Of a stretch of DNA of 64,000 bases, positions 10,444 through 21,820 are shown in pieces. This DNA comes from Microcoleus sp. (GTDB lineage Bacteria > Cyanobacteriota > Cyanobacteriia > Cyanobacteriales > Microcoleaceae): contig CP181291.1 in assembly GCA_052279835.1 (NCBI GenBank), forward strand, positions 3,584,001 through 3,648,000, read 5' to 3'. The position numbers and the translations under genes were made by a program. Position 1 is the stretch's first letter. The number at the start of each line of letters is the position of its first letter. The notes beneath the pieces were generated by a model. It saw nothing but the letters and a program-made list of their open reading frames with translations, was not told where the DNA came from and did no database searches.

Positions 10444-11865
10444 CTAACAGTCGTAGTATAAAGCAAACTCGTAGGGGTGAGGACGTAACCGCATCGGGTT
10501 AACTTCATTATCGAGTTTGTAAGAAATCCAAGTTTTGATGAAATCTTCGGTAAATACCCCAGTATCAGTCAAGAAAGCATGGTCTTTTTCCAAAGCTTCC
10601 AGAGCACCTTCCAAGGAACCGGGAGTCGAAGGAATTTTGCTCAATTCTTCCGGGGATAAATCGTAGATATCCACATCCAAAGGTTCACCCGGATCGATTT
10701 GATTCTTGATGCCGTCTAAACCCGCGCACAGCATGGCTGCAAAGGCTAAATAGGGATTGGAAGTGGCATCGGGACAGCGGAATTCTAAGCGCTTAGCTTT
10801 GGGGTTAGTTCCCGACAAGGGAATCCGTACTGAGGCCGATCGATTTCCTTGAGAATAAGCTAAGTTTACAGGGGCTTCAAAACCGGGAACTAACCGTTTG
10901 TAGGAATTAGTTGTGGGATTTGTGATTGCCAAAAGTGCCGGGGCGTGCTTGAGAATACCGCCGATGTAATGCAGTCCCATTTGACTGAAACCAGCATATT
11001 GGTCGCCAGCAAATAACGGTTGACCGTCTTTCCAAATTGACTGGTGAACGTGCATCCCGGAACCGTTGTCGTTAAACAATGGTTTGGGCATGAAGGTGAT
11101 GGTTTTGCCGTATTTTCTGCCGACGTTTTTGATGACGTATTTGTAAGTTAACAAATAGTCTGCGGCTTTGACTAAAGTGTCGAAGCGGAAGCCGAGTTCG
11201 CACTGGCCGCCGGTGGCGACTTCGTGGTGGTGCTTTTCAATGGGTACGCCACATTTTGCCATTGTCAGCAGCATTTCCGTTCTCATGTCTTGAGAGGTAT
11301 CGGTTGGTGCTACCGGGAAATAACCTTCTTTGTAACGTGGTTTGTAGCCGAGGTTGCCGCCCGGTTCTTCTTTGCCGGAATTCCAACGTCCTTCTACAGA
11401 GTCTACATAGTAATAGCCACTGTTTTGGGTTTGGTCGAAGCGAACATCGTCAAAAATGAAGAATTCTGCTTCCGGGCCAAAAAATGCGGTATCGCCGAGA
11501 CCGGTGCTAACTAAGTAATCTACGGCTTTTTGGGCTATGGTGCGGGGACATCGGCTGTAGGGTTCGCCTGTGCGCGGTTCTTTGATGCTGCAAATGAAGC
11601 TGATGGTGGGTTCTGCCATGAACGGGTCGATCCAAGCGGTGGTAGGATCGATGACCATTGTCATGTCTGATTCGTTGATGGCTTTCCAGCCCCGAATGCT
11701 GGAACCGTCGAAGGGTACGCCGTCTGTGAAGGCGGTTTCGTCGATTTGGTCGTGGAACAGGGATAGGTGTTGCCAGATCCCCGGCATATCGATGAATTTG
11801 AGGTCAACGATCTGGATGTTATTTTCTTTTATGTAGTTTAAGGCTTCTTGGGGTGTCTGGAACAT
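10444..11865 (-). CDS. glnA: Glutamine synthetase type I
   Basis: [42 protein letters not shown]. Confidence 0.98.
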   Translation of the reverse strand: MFQTPQEALNYIKENNIQIVDLKFIDMPGIWQHLSLFHDQIDETAFTDGVPFDGSSIRGWKAINESDMTMVIDPTTAWIDPFMAEPTISFICSIKEPRTGEPYSRCPRTIAQKAVDYLVSTGLGDTAFFGPEAEFFIFDDVRFDQTQNSGYYYVDSVEGRWNSGKEEPGGNLGYKPRYKEGYFPVAPTDTSQDMRTEMLLTMAKCGVPIEKHHHEVATGGQCELGFRFDTLVKAADYLLTYKYVIKNVGRKYGKTITFMPKPLFNDNGSGMHVHQSIWKDGQPLFAGDQYAGFSQMGLHYIGGILKHAPALLAITNPTTNSYKRLVPGFEAPVNLAYSQGNRSASVRIPLSGTNPKAKRLEFRCPDATSNPYLAFAAMLCAGLDGIKNQIDPGEPLDVDIYDLSPEELSKIPSTPGSLEGALEALEKDHAFLTDTGVFTEDFIKTWISYKLDNEVNPMRLRPHPYEFALYYDC

Positions 11866-11945
11866 GGCTTACTCCTGATATTGGGTTGGTCTGGGCGATC
11901 CTCTTCGAGGGCTTCGCTAACGGCAGATTTCAGACTATTTGGCCG

Positions 11946-11987
11946 ATAATAGGCATTCATTACTGGTTTTTTTGTATCTTTCAATAC
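11946..11987 (-). promoter_or_regulatory. NtcA-activated (class II) promoter of glnA
   Basis: GTA-N8-TAC at 11974-11987, then exactly 22 nt, then TATTAT (TAN3T) on the minus strand. Confidence 0.9.
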
Positions 11988-12217
11988 ATTTTTTCAAAAG
12001 TGAGAGGGTTGCGACACAGTTCCCTCGTGTTCTGTTGTCGATTTTCGGTTGAAGATACAAGCTATGCGACAAAGTTTTGGTGGTTCGGTCAGAGATTTAC
12101 TACCGTTCATCAAAATCCTATCTCAAATCTTAATCAAAGGCCGATTTGTAGTAGTCTACAATAGGCGGTCTGTCTCAGATAGCAAAGTATTGATAAAGAT
12201 TTTTGGGAGAGAAACTT

Positions 12218-12727
12218 ATGCGCGATGCAGTGACGAGTCTGATTGAAAATTATGATGTTGCTGGTAGGTATTTAGACCGAGATGGTATCGATCGGTTGAA
12301 ATCTTATTTTGCAACGGGTACAGCACGAGTACAAGCAGCAGCAGCAATTAACAGTAATGCAGCGGCTATTGTCAAGCAAGCTGGTATTGAATTATTCGCT
12401 CAACAACCGGAACTGATCCGTCCGGGTGGAAATGCTTACACGACTCGTCGCTATGCGGCTTGTCTGCGGGATATGGACTACTACTTGCGCTATGCTACTT
12501 ACGCTCTAGTGGCTGGCAGTACAGACGTGCTTGATGAGCGGGTTCTGCAAGGGCTACGGGAAACTTACAATTCACTGAGTGTACCCATTGGCCCGACGGT
12601 GATGGGGATCGGGATTATGAAGGAAATGGTTAAGGCTCAAGTTCAAGCTGCTGGCTTGACTGTGGGGCCTTTTCTGGAGCAGCCTTTTGATTACATGATT
12701 CGCGAATTGAGCGAACAGGATATCTAA
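12218..12727 (+). CDS. apcF: Allophycocyanin beta-18 subunit
   Basis: MRDAVTSLI, GGNAYTTRRYAACLRDMDYYLRY; divergent from glnA as commonly seen in cyanobacteria. Confidence 0.95.
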   Translation: MRDAVTSLIENYDVAGRYLDRDGIDRLKSYFATGTARVQAAAAINSNAAAIVKQAGIELFAQQPELIRPGGNAYTTRRYAACLRDMDYYLRYATYALVAGSTDVLDERVLQGLRETYNSLSVPIGPTVMGIGIMKEMVKAQVQAAGLTVGPFLEQPFDYMIRELSEQDI

Positions 12728-12976
12728 GTCAGTTTGCTAGTGATTGGTAATTGGTAGTGGCGCTTCGCCACTCTCCAATATCAATTGTTAATTTTTGTCA
12801 ATTTTGACTTAATAACTAGCAGTTTGATGTATCTAAATTTAAGCCCTTAATATTGCAAAGAGACTGGTAATTTTTTGCCAGTCTTTTTTCAAAAAAAAAG
12901 GAAGTTGTGCTGGTGGGTTTGTGTAAATTGGGTCGATCGCATCACAGCATCAAAGGCTGCGATCGTTGTTCAAGGA

Positions 12977-13174
12977 CTAAAAATCGCCGATACGTCCCCA
13001 GACGAGACATTTGTCCAGGGGAATTTTAGTTTGGCGGCGATCGACTTGTTCGACAGTTGTTGCTTCTACATCCCCATTAGGGTAGAGAATATGAATTATC
13101 TTACCGCTGACAAATGCCATAGGATTCTCTTGACAATTGTCCGTATTTCTGATAGGGAAGTTAAAGTTTTTCAT
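12977..13174 (-). CDS. Small hypothetical protein
   Basis: Protein-like ORF in an otherwise empty intergenic gap; no motif recognised. Confidence 0.4.
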   Translation of the reverse strand: MKNFNFPIRNTDNCQENPMAFVSGKIIHILYPNGDVEATTVEQVDRRQTKIPLDKCLVWGRIGDF

Positions 13175-13479
13175 GGTTGAGCGATGCACGTCTAATCAGT
13201 CGGAAATAGGGCATTGGTTGACAAAAAGCATTTGATTTGTAACGGTTTGACCTATGGTTACATCATCTTTTAGTCACCAAGCTTTCAGTGCGATCGCACA
13301 AAGGTATATCTGTGATAAAAGTACACGCATCCCGTGATAGAAGTCACAAAAACTGGGGTGAGGGAAAATACCCATCACCCCGTGTTTTGGTTTAGTCCTG
13401 ATGCTGCGTGCTACGGATCTGTTGTTTGGCAGATGTCTAATTCAACTATTGTTAACCCGATCTTTAAACATTAAAAACC

Positions 13480-14322
13480 TTGGCTAAACAACGACTAGAC
13501 ACTTTATTAGTCAACCTAAATTTGTGTACTTCCCGACAACAAGCTCAAGCTTTGATTCGCACGGGAAAAGTTGCAGTCAACCATCAGGTAGTTGACAAAC
13601 CGGGCACAGAGGTTGATATTTCAGCCCAAATTCAAATTAAAGAGCGATCGCGCTACGTTTCTAGAGGCGGCGAAAAATTAGCTAAAGCATTAGAAGTTTT
13701 TGCGATTCCCGTTACAGATAGAATTTGTCTCGACGGCGGCATTTCCACAGGGGGTTTTACCGACTGTTTGCTGCAAGCGGGCGCAGCCAAAGTCTATGGG
13801 ATAGATGTGGGTTACGGTCAAGCAGATTGGGGCTTGCGGAACGATCCGAGGGTAATTTTGAAAGAACGCACCAATTTGCGCTACATGACGGCTACAGAAC
13901 TCTATGGCGACTCTCAGCGAGCAGATTTGGCGGTAGTAGATGTGTCGTTTATTTCCCTGGATAAAGTTTTACCAGCGCTGTGGGAGTTGTTAGCACCACC
14001 GCGAGAAGCCGTGTTGCTGGTAAAGCCACAGTTTGAAGTTGGGCGCGAGAGAGTAGGGAAAAAAGGGGTAGTGCGAGATTCCGCCACCCAAGCCGATGCG
14101 ATTTTCCAAGTGTGGAAAGCAGCCACTGCTTTAGGATGGGAACAACGGGGCTTAACTTGGTCGCCTTTACTTGGCCCGGCTGGCAATATCGAGTATCTTT
14201 TATGGTTGGGGAGCGATCGTCAACAGCAGTCGGAGCAAAATACTGTGGAAGATAGTGTTATGAAAGAACGGATCGCAGAAGTGACAAAGGGAGCAAAGGG
14301 GGAACTGATCGATAAATTTTAG
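13480..14322 (+). CDS. tlyA: TlyA family rRNA methyltransferase
   Basis: S4 domain, YVSRGGEKL, DGGISTGGFTDCLL, DVSFISL, LVKPQFE, GNIEYL. Confidence 0.95.
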   Translation: MAKQRLDTLLVNLNLCTSRQQAQALIRTGKVAVNHQVVDKPGTEVDISAQIQIKERSRYVSRGGEKLAKALEVFAIPVTDRICLDGGISTGGFTDCLLQAGAAKVYGIDVGYGQADWGLRNDPRVILKERTNLRYMTATELYGDSQRADLAVVDVSFISLDKVLPALWELLAPPREAVLLVKPQFEVGRERVGKKGVVRDSATQADAIFQVWKAATALGWEQRGLTWSPLLGPAGNIEYLLWLGSDRQQQSEQNTVEDSVMKERIAEVTKGAKGELIDKF

Positions 14323-14469
14323 ATTTTAGATTTAGCAACCTTCGGATGTGACACTCGTTGACGATAGATTGCTGAAACATAATATAAAATCCTTTCTATA
14401 CGGGAGAAATAAAAAAATTGAGTTCACTGATAAATCGGTTTTTTAACCTTTTACTTAACTAATAACTTC

Positions 14470-15159
14470 ATGCAGTCATTCAAACAAGTTGGTTCGCTTT
14501 TTTTGTACCTGTTAGGTGCTATCGGCTATATAGCTAGTGCAGCGATGATTGTGGGGATTTCAGTGCTGATCAAATTTGTCGCTCTGATGTTGGCAGATAA
14601 AATTTTATATACTATTTTTATTATCGGCGATTTGTTGAGAGGCATCGAAGTTATTGAATTATTAAATATCTTAGTGTTTGCTTTCATCGGCATGGGGTTT
14701 GGTTTGGCTACCCGACTTTTAAAACCTGAATATGGTCGCCAAGTTAGTGCTATTTTGTTGATTTTGATAGTTCCTTTTGTGTTCATGAGTACGCCGATAA
14801 TTCGCTACAATTCTTGGTTAGATAAAGTTGAAGAGTCGGAGAACTTATCACCGGATGAAGCTACCAAAATCACTAACGTATTTTTGAAAAAACAGATAGG
14901 AGTTCCCGGCTTCTTTGGTTATTATTTATATACAGGTCAGTTTCCAGTGATTCCTACGACTCAATCACAGATGAAAGACCTCGATAGCTTTGAAAAAAAA
15001 GTTAACTCCCGATTTGTGCAGTTAACAGGTGCTGCGCCCACTATTGTTTCTTGGTCGATGTTGATTTGTTTTTGGCTGATTAGACTATTTTATTTTGCGA
15101 TCGCAGTAATTGCTACGATTGCCCACTTTAGGCAAGGCGTGGTGATTGCTAGAAGGTAA
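14470..15159 (+). CDS. Hypothetical membrane protein
   Basis: Several hydrophobic helices; 229-aa ORF. Confidence 0.75.
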   Translation: MQSFKQVGSLFLYLLGAIGYIASAAMIVGISVLIKFVALMLADKILYTIFIIGDLLRGIEVIELLNILVFAFIGMGFGLATRLLKPEYGRQVSAILLILIVPFVFMSTPIIRYNSWLDKVEESENLSPDEATKITNVFLKKQIGVPGFFGYYLYTGQFPVIPTTQSQMKDLDSFEKKVNSRFVQLTGAAPTIVSWSMLICFWLIRLFYFAIAVIATIAHFRQGVVIARR

Positions 15160-15170
15160 AAGGTTAATTT

Positions 15171-16610
15171 TTACTTACCAATTTTTAACTCTTGTTGTAG
15201 GCGATCGACAATTGTATCACGTTCTATGGTACCGAGAATTTCTTGAATTACCGTATCTTGTCCCAAGGGGCCCCAAGTGCAGCCTTTTTCTAAATAAACT
15301 TGGGCGGCACGACCCACAGCATAGGTTCCGTAAGCTGCTAAACTAGCTTGAGTTACCGCAACTCCTGCAAAAGTAGAAAAGCCAATTTGAGGAGCAGCAA
15401 TCGCCGCGCTTTTCCCGAATCCCAACAAAAAACTACTACCTAATTCTCCCAAAAGTACGCCACCGGCACTCGAAAAAATAGTTTGCCAAAGTTTCCCCGC
15501 TTCATAGCCAGTCATGGGTAAACCGTAAAGTCTGGATAAAGAGCGAATTAAGGCTAAATCAGCGACAGTTGCTCCCATGACATCGAGGAAAGCAATCGGA
15601 TTTAAGCCCACAGCCAAAGCTTTATATTTCGCAAATTGCCAGATTAAATCCTCGGCTTCGGTATGTCGCAATTTGAGAATTTGATGGGCAATATTTGCCT
15701 CTGCGTCTCTAGCTTCCATTAAAGCATTGAGAGCGAGGAGCGATCGACCTTCTCGGTTAAGAATCGTGAAAATAGTCTGTTTGAGCTCATCTATCTGCGG
15801 CGGCGGCGACTCCCACTCGTGGGTTATGCTCCCATCAGGCCATTCAATCCGCACCTGCATCGGTGCCGGTTCCGCCGCTACCATGACTATTTCTAAGGAT
15901 TTGGGATTATTTGTAGTAGATTTAGGCGAGGGATTGTTGGAGGATAAATTTTCGCTATCAGATTTATCTTTCACCCCATCGGTGGCTAAGTTTTCCCTAT
16001 TACTTCCGAGATTTTGCAAACTTTTATAAATAGTTTGCCTATCTAATTCTGGATAGAGGTCTATTTTATTGAAAACTAAAATTAGCGGTTTTTGAGATGT
16101 TTGTAATTCGCACAGTGCTTGATATTCAGTGCGGGTGATATCGCCAGCGACGACAAACAAAATTAAGTCAGCTTGGCGAGAGACTTGCTTCGCCATATCG
16201 CCCCGCACTTCGCCACCAACTTCATCAATTCCTGGAGTATCAATTAATTCTATTTGCACTTTTTCTGGGTCTTTTGTGCCAGAAATAGCCGGAATTGTCC
16301 AAGCCACGGAACGGGGCCACTGAGTCACACCGTTGAGAGGGCCTGTTTGCAGAATTTTTTTACCTAAAAGCGCGTTTAAGACGGCTGACTTGCCACGGCT
16401 GACTAAACCAAAGGTAGCAATACGAATGATATTTTGGTTAAGTTTTTCTGAGGTAGAATTTAAGATATCTAACTGATTTTGTAGCGTAGCTGCCAATTCT
16501 GTATTTGAGTTGTTTTTGCTTTTACGCAAGTTAGAGTAGCGCGCCAGGGATTGGCGCAAACTGGCGCGGGCAAGGGATAAGCGATGGTCTTGAATCGATT
16601 TGTCAGCCAT
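15171..16610 (-). CDS. Era-like GTPase with C-terminal DUF697/YcjF domain
   Basis: GLVSRGKS (G1), DTPG (G3), NKID (G4). Confidence 0.88.
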   Translation of the reverse strand: MADKSIQDHRLSLARASLRQSLARYSNLRKSKNNSNTELAATLQNQLDILNSTSEKLNQNIIRIATFGLVSRGKSAVLNALLGKKILQTGPLNGVTQWPRSVAWTIPAISGTKDPEKVQIELIDTPGIDEVGGEVRGDMAKQVSRQADLILFVVAGDITRTEYQALCELQTSQKPLILVFNKIDLYPELDRQTIYKSLQNLGSNRENLATDGVKDKSDSENLSSNNPSPKSTTNNPKSLEIVMVAAEPAPMQVRIEWPDGSITHEWESPPPQIDELKQTIFTILNREGRSLLALNALMEARDAEANIAHQILKLRHTEAEDLIWQFAKYKALAVGLNPIAFLDVMGATVADLALIRSLSRLYGLPMTGYEAGKLWQTIFSSAGGVLLGELGSSFLLGFGKSAAIAAPQIGFSTFAGVAVTQASLAAYGTYAVGRAAQVYLEKGCTWGPLGQDTVIQEILGTIERDTIVDRLQQELKIGK

Positions 16611-16904
16611 TGGCGATCGGCTTTATTAAGCAAGTATAATTGAGTATCTAACTAGAGATATTCCGATCCATTTTAGTACAAATTTTCATAATTTGCTAAA
16701 CTTTAAATTCCTCTCTGCATCAGAATTATTCAATTGTCTCAAATATCTCTCTGTGTTCTCTGCGCCCTCTGTGGTTAAATAATCACAATACAACAGTCAA
16801 CGAGATCACCTCTATTGCACGTTCCACAATCACAAAAGTTTTGGGTGGAACAGGCTGGAAGACCTGTTCCTAATATACAGTACAAAATATGACTAATATT
16901 GTAC

Positions 16905-18353
16905 TTAATTGAGAGCTGAATTAACTGCTTCGGGCTGAGATGTTGGCGGTGCCAGACGACTAGCCATTTGGTTGATGAAAGATTGCAAGAACGAAACTTG
17001 CTGATTTTGTTGAAATACCGCTTGCAAAGTTTTAGTCAACAGGTCTATATTGAAACTACTATTTACAGCAGTTTCCAGTTCTCGACTTTGGAAATATTCC
17101 ACTAAACTGAGTCCAGCTATGCGAGTAAAATAGGCTGCACTAATTCCTTGCACTGCGCCTCCAGCGACAAAAGTTACAGCATTGCTTTTGAGCAATCCCG
17201 CAATAGTTTGAGTAGACAATTCAACTAATCCCAATTTCAACATTTGGGTAGCCAAAGTTGCCGCTACTGTCTTAGCTTGGTCTAGGGAAAACTTTTGCTG
17301 ATAAATAGTGCCGAGATCGATTACAAGTTGGGTACTGATGGCAGTGGTTGCTAACAAGTCTAAGGCTGCAACGGGATTAGCAAAAACGGCGGCGGCGGCG
17401 ATATATTGATATTGCTCGATGATGGGCATTGCCCGATCGCGCCTGACTGCATTTAATAAAGTTTTTGCTTCCTGTTTAACACTTCCAGCGCCCCGCACTG
17501 TATGAGCCCACACCAATTGTTGTCTTTCTGCGGTTAAGATTTCCGTCAGTTTTGCCGTCAAAGGCTGAATTTGAGTTCCGGGATTTTCCATCCGTTCGCT
17601 GATTGTGCCATCAGCTTGATGCTGCCGCACTTTCAGGGAATTAGGGTTCGCTGCGATCGCAATTATATCTTCTTTCGGCAGTAGGCCGTCCATTTTTTCC
17701 TGCAAAGAATGCAAAATTTGGGACTGCTGTGCTGGCAAATATTGGTCTTGTTTGTTCCAAACTAGCAAGAAACGTTGACCTGCTAAAACTAGCTGAGATA
17801 ATACTTGAAATTCCGAATCCCTAATGTCGCCTGCTGTCACAAATAGCACTAAATCATCGCTGATTTTAGCATCGGCATTGGTGCTAGTAAATAGCGGGGT
17901 TGTTTCTTGGAAAGTCAGCTTTTGTGGCTGTTGGGATGTCCAGTCAGAATTCAAAGCTTGAATTAAGGTACTTTTGCCTACTGCTTTGCCGCCAGTGACA
18001 CTAATTCTCAAATCTGGTCTATCTAATTCGGCTGTGAGTCGATCGAGCTGTGCTTTAAGCATAGCTGGAGATTCGGATATTTGAGCTTCAGAAGCCAGCA
18101 AATTAATCGAGCTTTCTGCCGCCCCGATCGCCTTTAAGGCTGCTTCCCTGTTGGCCAGGGCTTCGGGGAGTGGAAGTTCTAGTGTAGGCGATTGTCGCTG
18201 CCACCACCAATATCCGGCGCTAGCGGCCACCAAGCCGATGAGTGCCGTTTCGCCCATTTCTGAAACCGAGTGCTGTAGACTTTCTAACAGCCAGAGTGCT
18301 GCTGAGAGTCCGATTCCGCCAATTAAAACCGGTCGCCGCAAGTTAAGTGTCAT
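16905..18353 (-). CDS. DUF697/YcjF family GTPase-like protein (paralog of the adjacent gene)
   Basis: GGKAVGKS, NKQD, AAAVFANPVAALDLLA. Confidence 0.82.
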   Translation of the reverse strand: MTLNLRRPVLIGGIGLSAALWLLESLQHSVSEMGETALIGLVAASAGYWWWQRQSPTLELPLPEALANREAALKAIGAAESSINLLASEAQISESPAMLKAQLDRLTAELDRPDLRISVTGGKAVGKSTLIQALNSDWTSQQPQKLTFQETTPLFTSTNADAKISDDLVLFVTAGDIRDSEFQVLSQLVLAGQRFLLVWNKQDQYLPAQQSQILHSLQEKMDGLLPKEDIIAIAANPNSLKVRQHQADGTISERMENPGTQIQPLTAKLTEILTAERQQLVWAHTVRGAGSVKQEAKTLLNAVRRDRAMPIIEQYQYIAAAAVFANPVAALDLLATTAISTQLVIDLGTIYQQKFSLDQAKTVAATLATQMLKLGLVELSTQTIAGLLKSNAVTFVAGGAVQGISAAYFTRIAGLSLVEYFQSRELETAVNSSFNIDLLTKTLQAVFQQNQQVSFLQSFINQMASRLAPPTSQPEAVNSALN

Positions 18354-18574
18354 TTTTCCCTTCCTGTGGGTGTTCCCGCCAAGCTTAACTTTACCGGGCT
18401 TGGCATTCCCCCTAGATTCCATCGTACCTCAAGACATTGTGAACTAGCCGATGGCGATCGCGAGTTAAATTTTTGATTAAAAAAAATCGAGCAACCATAG
18501 CAATTAAAGCAGTCTGGCTGCTCACCAGGGACTTAACCACTGCTTAATTTGGGAAAATTTCGATGACTGCTTTT

Positions 18575-19657
18575 CTAGTCTCCGAGGCAAATTTCCAAAC
18601 CACGGGCTGTTTTTACCAGAGTACCATCGAACTCTACTGCTCTGTATTTGGCGATCGCATCTTCCAAGGGAACGCTAACAACTTCCCGTTTTTGCCAAGA
18701 TACCATGCAATCGTATTTTTCTTCAGCAATTAAATCAACTGCTGCTACTCCAAAAGCCGAAGCAATTAATCTTTCTAGCGGTGAAGGCGTTCCTCCTCGT
18801 TGAATGTGTCCCAAAACAGTAACGCGAGTTTCCGCGCCGCTACAGTCAGAAATTTGATCGGCTAAATACTGACCGATACCACCCAACCGACTTTGACCTA
18901 ATCGATTTGTCTGCATCACTAATTCGCCTGCTTCAGTGCGAACTGCCTCAGCTACTACAATTAAACAGTAGTTTTTTCCCTGTGATTGACGTTCTTGAAT
19001 TTTGGCACAAATTTTGGAAATTGTGTAAGGAATTTCGGGAATCAAAATGATATCAGCGCCCCCAGCAATGCCCGCACTAATCGCAATATGTCCCGCATCG
19101 CGTCCCATGACTTCAATAATCATGACGCGACTGTGACTGGCTGCGGTAAAATGCAAGCGGTCTAGTGCTTCAGTGGCAATATTAACAGCAGTATCAAACC
19201 CGATGGAACGCTCGGTAATACCGACATCATTATCAATAGTTTTAGGAATAGCAACTAAGTTCAACTTGCCTTGTTGAGCAATCTTCCTGAGAATAGCTAG
19301 ACTACCATCGCCACCAATGCCAATTAGGGCATCTAAACCGAGTAGATGATAGCCTTCGATAATATCATCAGAGCGATCGCGCAAAGTCCCATCGGACATG
19401 GGATATGCAAAAGGATTACCCTGATTAGTCGTCCCTAGCATCGTACCGCCAATAGTCCGCCAATCGTCTACTTTTTCAATATCCAAAGGAATTGCTTGAG
19501 GGGGACGACTCATTAAGCCATTGGTGGCCTGACGAATCCCGATCACCTTCCAATTGTAAGTTGCTGTTGCGCGGTACACAACGGCTCGAATCACTGCATT
19601 TAAACCTGCACAGTCACCCCCACTGGTAAGGATGCCGATGCACTTTTGTTGTCCCAT
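18575..19657 (-). CDS. pfkA: 6-phosphofructokinase
   Basis: TSGGDCAGLN, IGGDGS, PKTIDND, EVMGR, LGHIQRGG. Confidence 0.96.
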   Translation of the reverse strand: MGQQKCIGILTSGGDCAGLNAVIRAVVYRATATYNWKVIGIRQATNGLMSRPPQAIPLDIEKVDDWRTIGGTMLGTTNQGNPFAYPMSDGTLRDRSDDIIEGYHLLGLDALIGIGGDGSLAILRKIAQQGKLNLVAIPKTIDNDVGITERSIGFDTAVNIATEALDRLHFTAASHSRVMIIEVMGRDAGHIAISAGIAGGADIILIPEIPYTISKICAKIQERQSQGKNYCLIVVAEAVRTEAGELVMQTNRLGQSRLGGIGQYLADQISDCSGAETRVTVLGHIQRGGTPSPLERLIASAFGVAAVDLIAEEKYDCMVSWQKREVVSVPLEDAIAKYRAVEFDGTLVKTARGLEICLGD

Positions 19658-19694
19658 AGTTGATAATTAGAAGGAAGAAGGAAGTTAGTCCAAT

Positions 19695-19937
19695 TTACTT
19701 GGGATTGAGACGCTTAGAAACTTGGTTAATAATCCCACTAAGAATAGCGCCTCCCATGAGAATTCCTAGGGCGGGATTAAATACAGGCTGCCAGAGACTG
19801 TACCACAGGTCGAAACCGAGATTGACACCGGTCGATCTACCTAATACTGCGATCGCAAACCAAGCAAAGCTAGCAAAGACAAAAAATACGTCAGCGACTA
19901 AAACTATGTTCAGCCAGTTCATAAATTTCTCTTTCAT
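19695..19937 (-). CDS. Small two-TM cyanobacterial membrane protein
   Basis: LWQPVFNPALGILMGGA; hydrophobic. Confidence 0.7.
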   Translation of the reverse strand: MKEKFMNWLNIVLVADVFFVFASFAWFAIAVLGRSTGVNLGFDLWYSLWQPVFNPALGILMGGAILSGIINQVSKRLNPK

Positions 19938-20076
19938 TATGTTAGAGTTCCTTGTGAGTATATGTCTGTTAACTTTTGAAAACCGATTTGGCCGCTTGAC
20001 AGGAGTGATAGCTGCAACTGACGATCGAATCAAGATAAAATATCATTAATTGTTGTCGCACAAAGGCTGTCAAAAT

Positions 20077-20583
20077 ATGGTTCGCTATACACTTCCTCAA
20101 AGCCCCGAAACTATTTTAACTGTTAAAGGGAAAGATTCAGCCAAAGCCCGCGAAGAAGCTATGGATCAGCTTATGCAGCTTATCGACTCTGACAAGCTAC
20201 CTACAGAGCTCCAAGAAGGATTTGGCCCAAAACAGTTTGTGGAAGTTAAAGATATGGAAGATGCGACATCTGAAACCGAGGATGCGATTACCGAAGCAAT
20301 ACAGATTTTGAGCAATTTGGCAAGTCTCAAATTGAAAGTCATGGAATCCCGCGAAGAAGCCCTAAAAATCCGGGCTGCGATCGATATTTTATTTACAGAT
20401 GAGGCTGTCAGTGCTGAGGAAATCACCAATCTCAAAGACGGTTTCAAGGTGCTGAAAAACTTCGCCCAAGCTAATGTCCGCTATCGAGAAGCTAGGAGTA
20501 AAGCAGAGTCAGCCCGTGCAATTTTAGACGAAGCTTTGCAATCTCCTGAATCTGAAAACAAAGCCTCAAAATCTGCCAAATAA
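20077..20583 (+). CDS. Conserved hypothetical helical protein
   Basis: GKDSAKAREEAMDQL; coiled-coil composition. Confidence 0.75.
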   Translation: MVRYTLPQSPETILTVKGKDSAKAREEAMDQLMQLIDSDKLPTELQEGFGPKQFVEVKDMEDATSETEDAITEAIQILSNLASLKLKVMESREEALKIRAAIDILFTDEAVSAEEITNLKDGFKVLKNFAQANVRYREARSKAESARAILDEALQSPESENKASKSAK

Positions 20584-20710
20584 GGATTTTAGTTAATCCT
20601 CTGGTGCGTCGCCACTATTCAATCTGCAAATTCCATCGAAAATCTCATAGCGACGCACCCTACACAATGATTGAAATTTGTCTAATCAGGATGCCTGATT
20701 CCGGGAACTA

Positions 20711-21760
20711 TCAACTTAAAAAAGGTACATTTACTACTTCTCCGACAATTTCTCCTACCTGGACTTTCAATCCTGCACCACCAGCTTTGGTGCGGATATA
20801 AGCAAGACCAAAAAAGCCAGATTGTGTTTCTGTAACACTGGTAATTTTGCCTACTTTTTCCTCTTCAATGGTGACTACGGTTCCCGGTTCAACAGCACCG
20901 CTCAGTTGTACGCCCCAAAGTTGTTGTTTGACTCCTTTGTAGGTGTTCAATCTAGCAATTGTTTCTTGACCGATGTAGCAGCCTTTGTCATAGGTAATGG
21001 TGTGTAACAGTCTTGCTTCTAGGGGATTGTAGTCATCTGTAAGCTCAAAATCTGCGGCGGGGCGGCCTTGTTCGATTCGCAGTTGTTCCCAGACTCGATC
21101 GCCCATGGGTACGGCCCCTGCTTCCACTAATTCATGCCACAATTTAGCTGCATCCGTGGCTGCGGCAATTAAGGTGTATCCGGGAGATGCTAACCCACTA
21201 CCCATAGCAACTCGAACTTCTATCCCAGCTAATTTTATCAATTTGTGACTGGCATGAGGTAAGTTTTCTAGTTCGCTAACTCCCATTTTTTCTAGTAATT
21301 TGCTGCTTTCAGGACCGATCGCACTGAAAGCCACGGTGGTATCAGTCAAATCTGTTAATTCTACCCGATCCATAGGGAAAATATAGCGATCGAGTAATTC
21401 TAGCAATTGTCGGCGACGGTTGGGAGAAACTAAGATTAACAAAGCATCTTCTGTAGCATAAGCTGTGGCGAGGTCAATCGTCCGGGCGGTGGAAGTCACA
21501 AACACAGTGTCGCAGCCTTGACCGGGTTGGAGTTTATTGATATTATTTGTACTTTGATTGTGCAAAAACCGTAGGCGATCGCTATCGGAAATTTGTAGGC
21601 GTCCCCAGTGAGTGCGATCGCACAAAGCTACACTTTCTTTGGTGGCGGTGATGGCGGCGGCATCATTACCAAAACTAACGGGGACTGTTTCTGTGGTTGT
21701 TAATTCGCCAAAGATAGCACCGAAAGATGTTTGGATATCGTGCAATTCTTGAATCAGCAT
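20711..21760 (-). CDS. ygfZ: YgfZ/GcvT-like folate-binding protein
   Basis: KGCYIGQET signature. Confidence 0.93.
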   Translation of the reverse strand: MLIQELHDIQTSFGAIFGELTTTETVPVSFGNDAAAITATKESVALCDRTHWGRLQISDSDRLRFLHNQSTNNINKLQPGQGCDTVFVTSTARTIDLATAYATEDALLILVSPNRRRQLLELLDRYIFPMDRVELTDLTDTTVAFSAIGPESSKLLEKMGVSELENLPHASHKLIKLAGIEVRVAMGSGLASPGYTLIAAATDAAKLWHELVEAGAVPMGDRVWEQLRIEQGRPAADFELTDDYNPLEARLLHTITYDKGCYIGQETIARLNTYKGVKQQLWGVQLSGAVEPGTVVTIEEEKVGKITSVTETQSGFFGLAYIRTKAGGAGLKVQVGEIVGEVVNVPFLS

Positions 21761-21820
21761 AAAATTTGGTTGACGGTTGACGGTTGACGGTTGCTAAAAC
21801 TAATGACTAACAACTACTAA

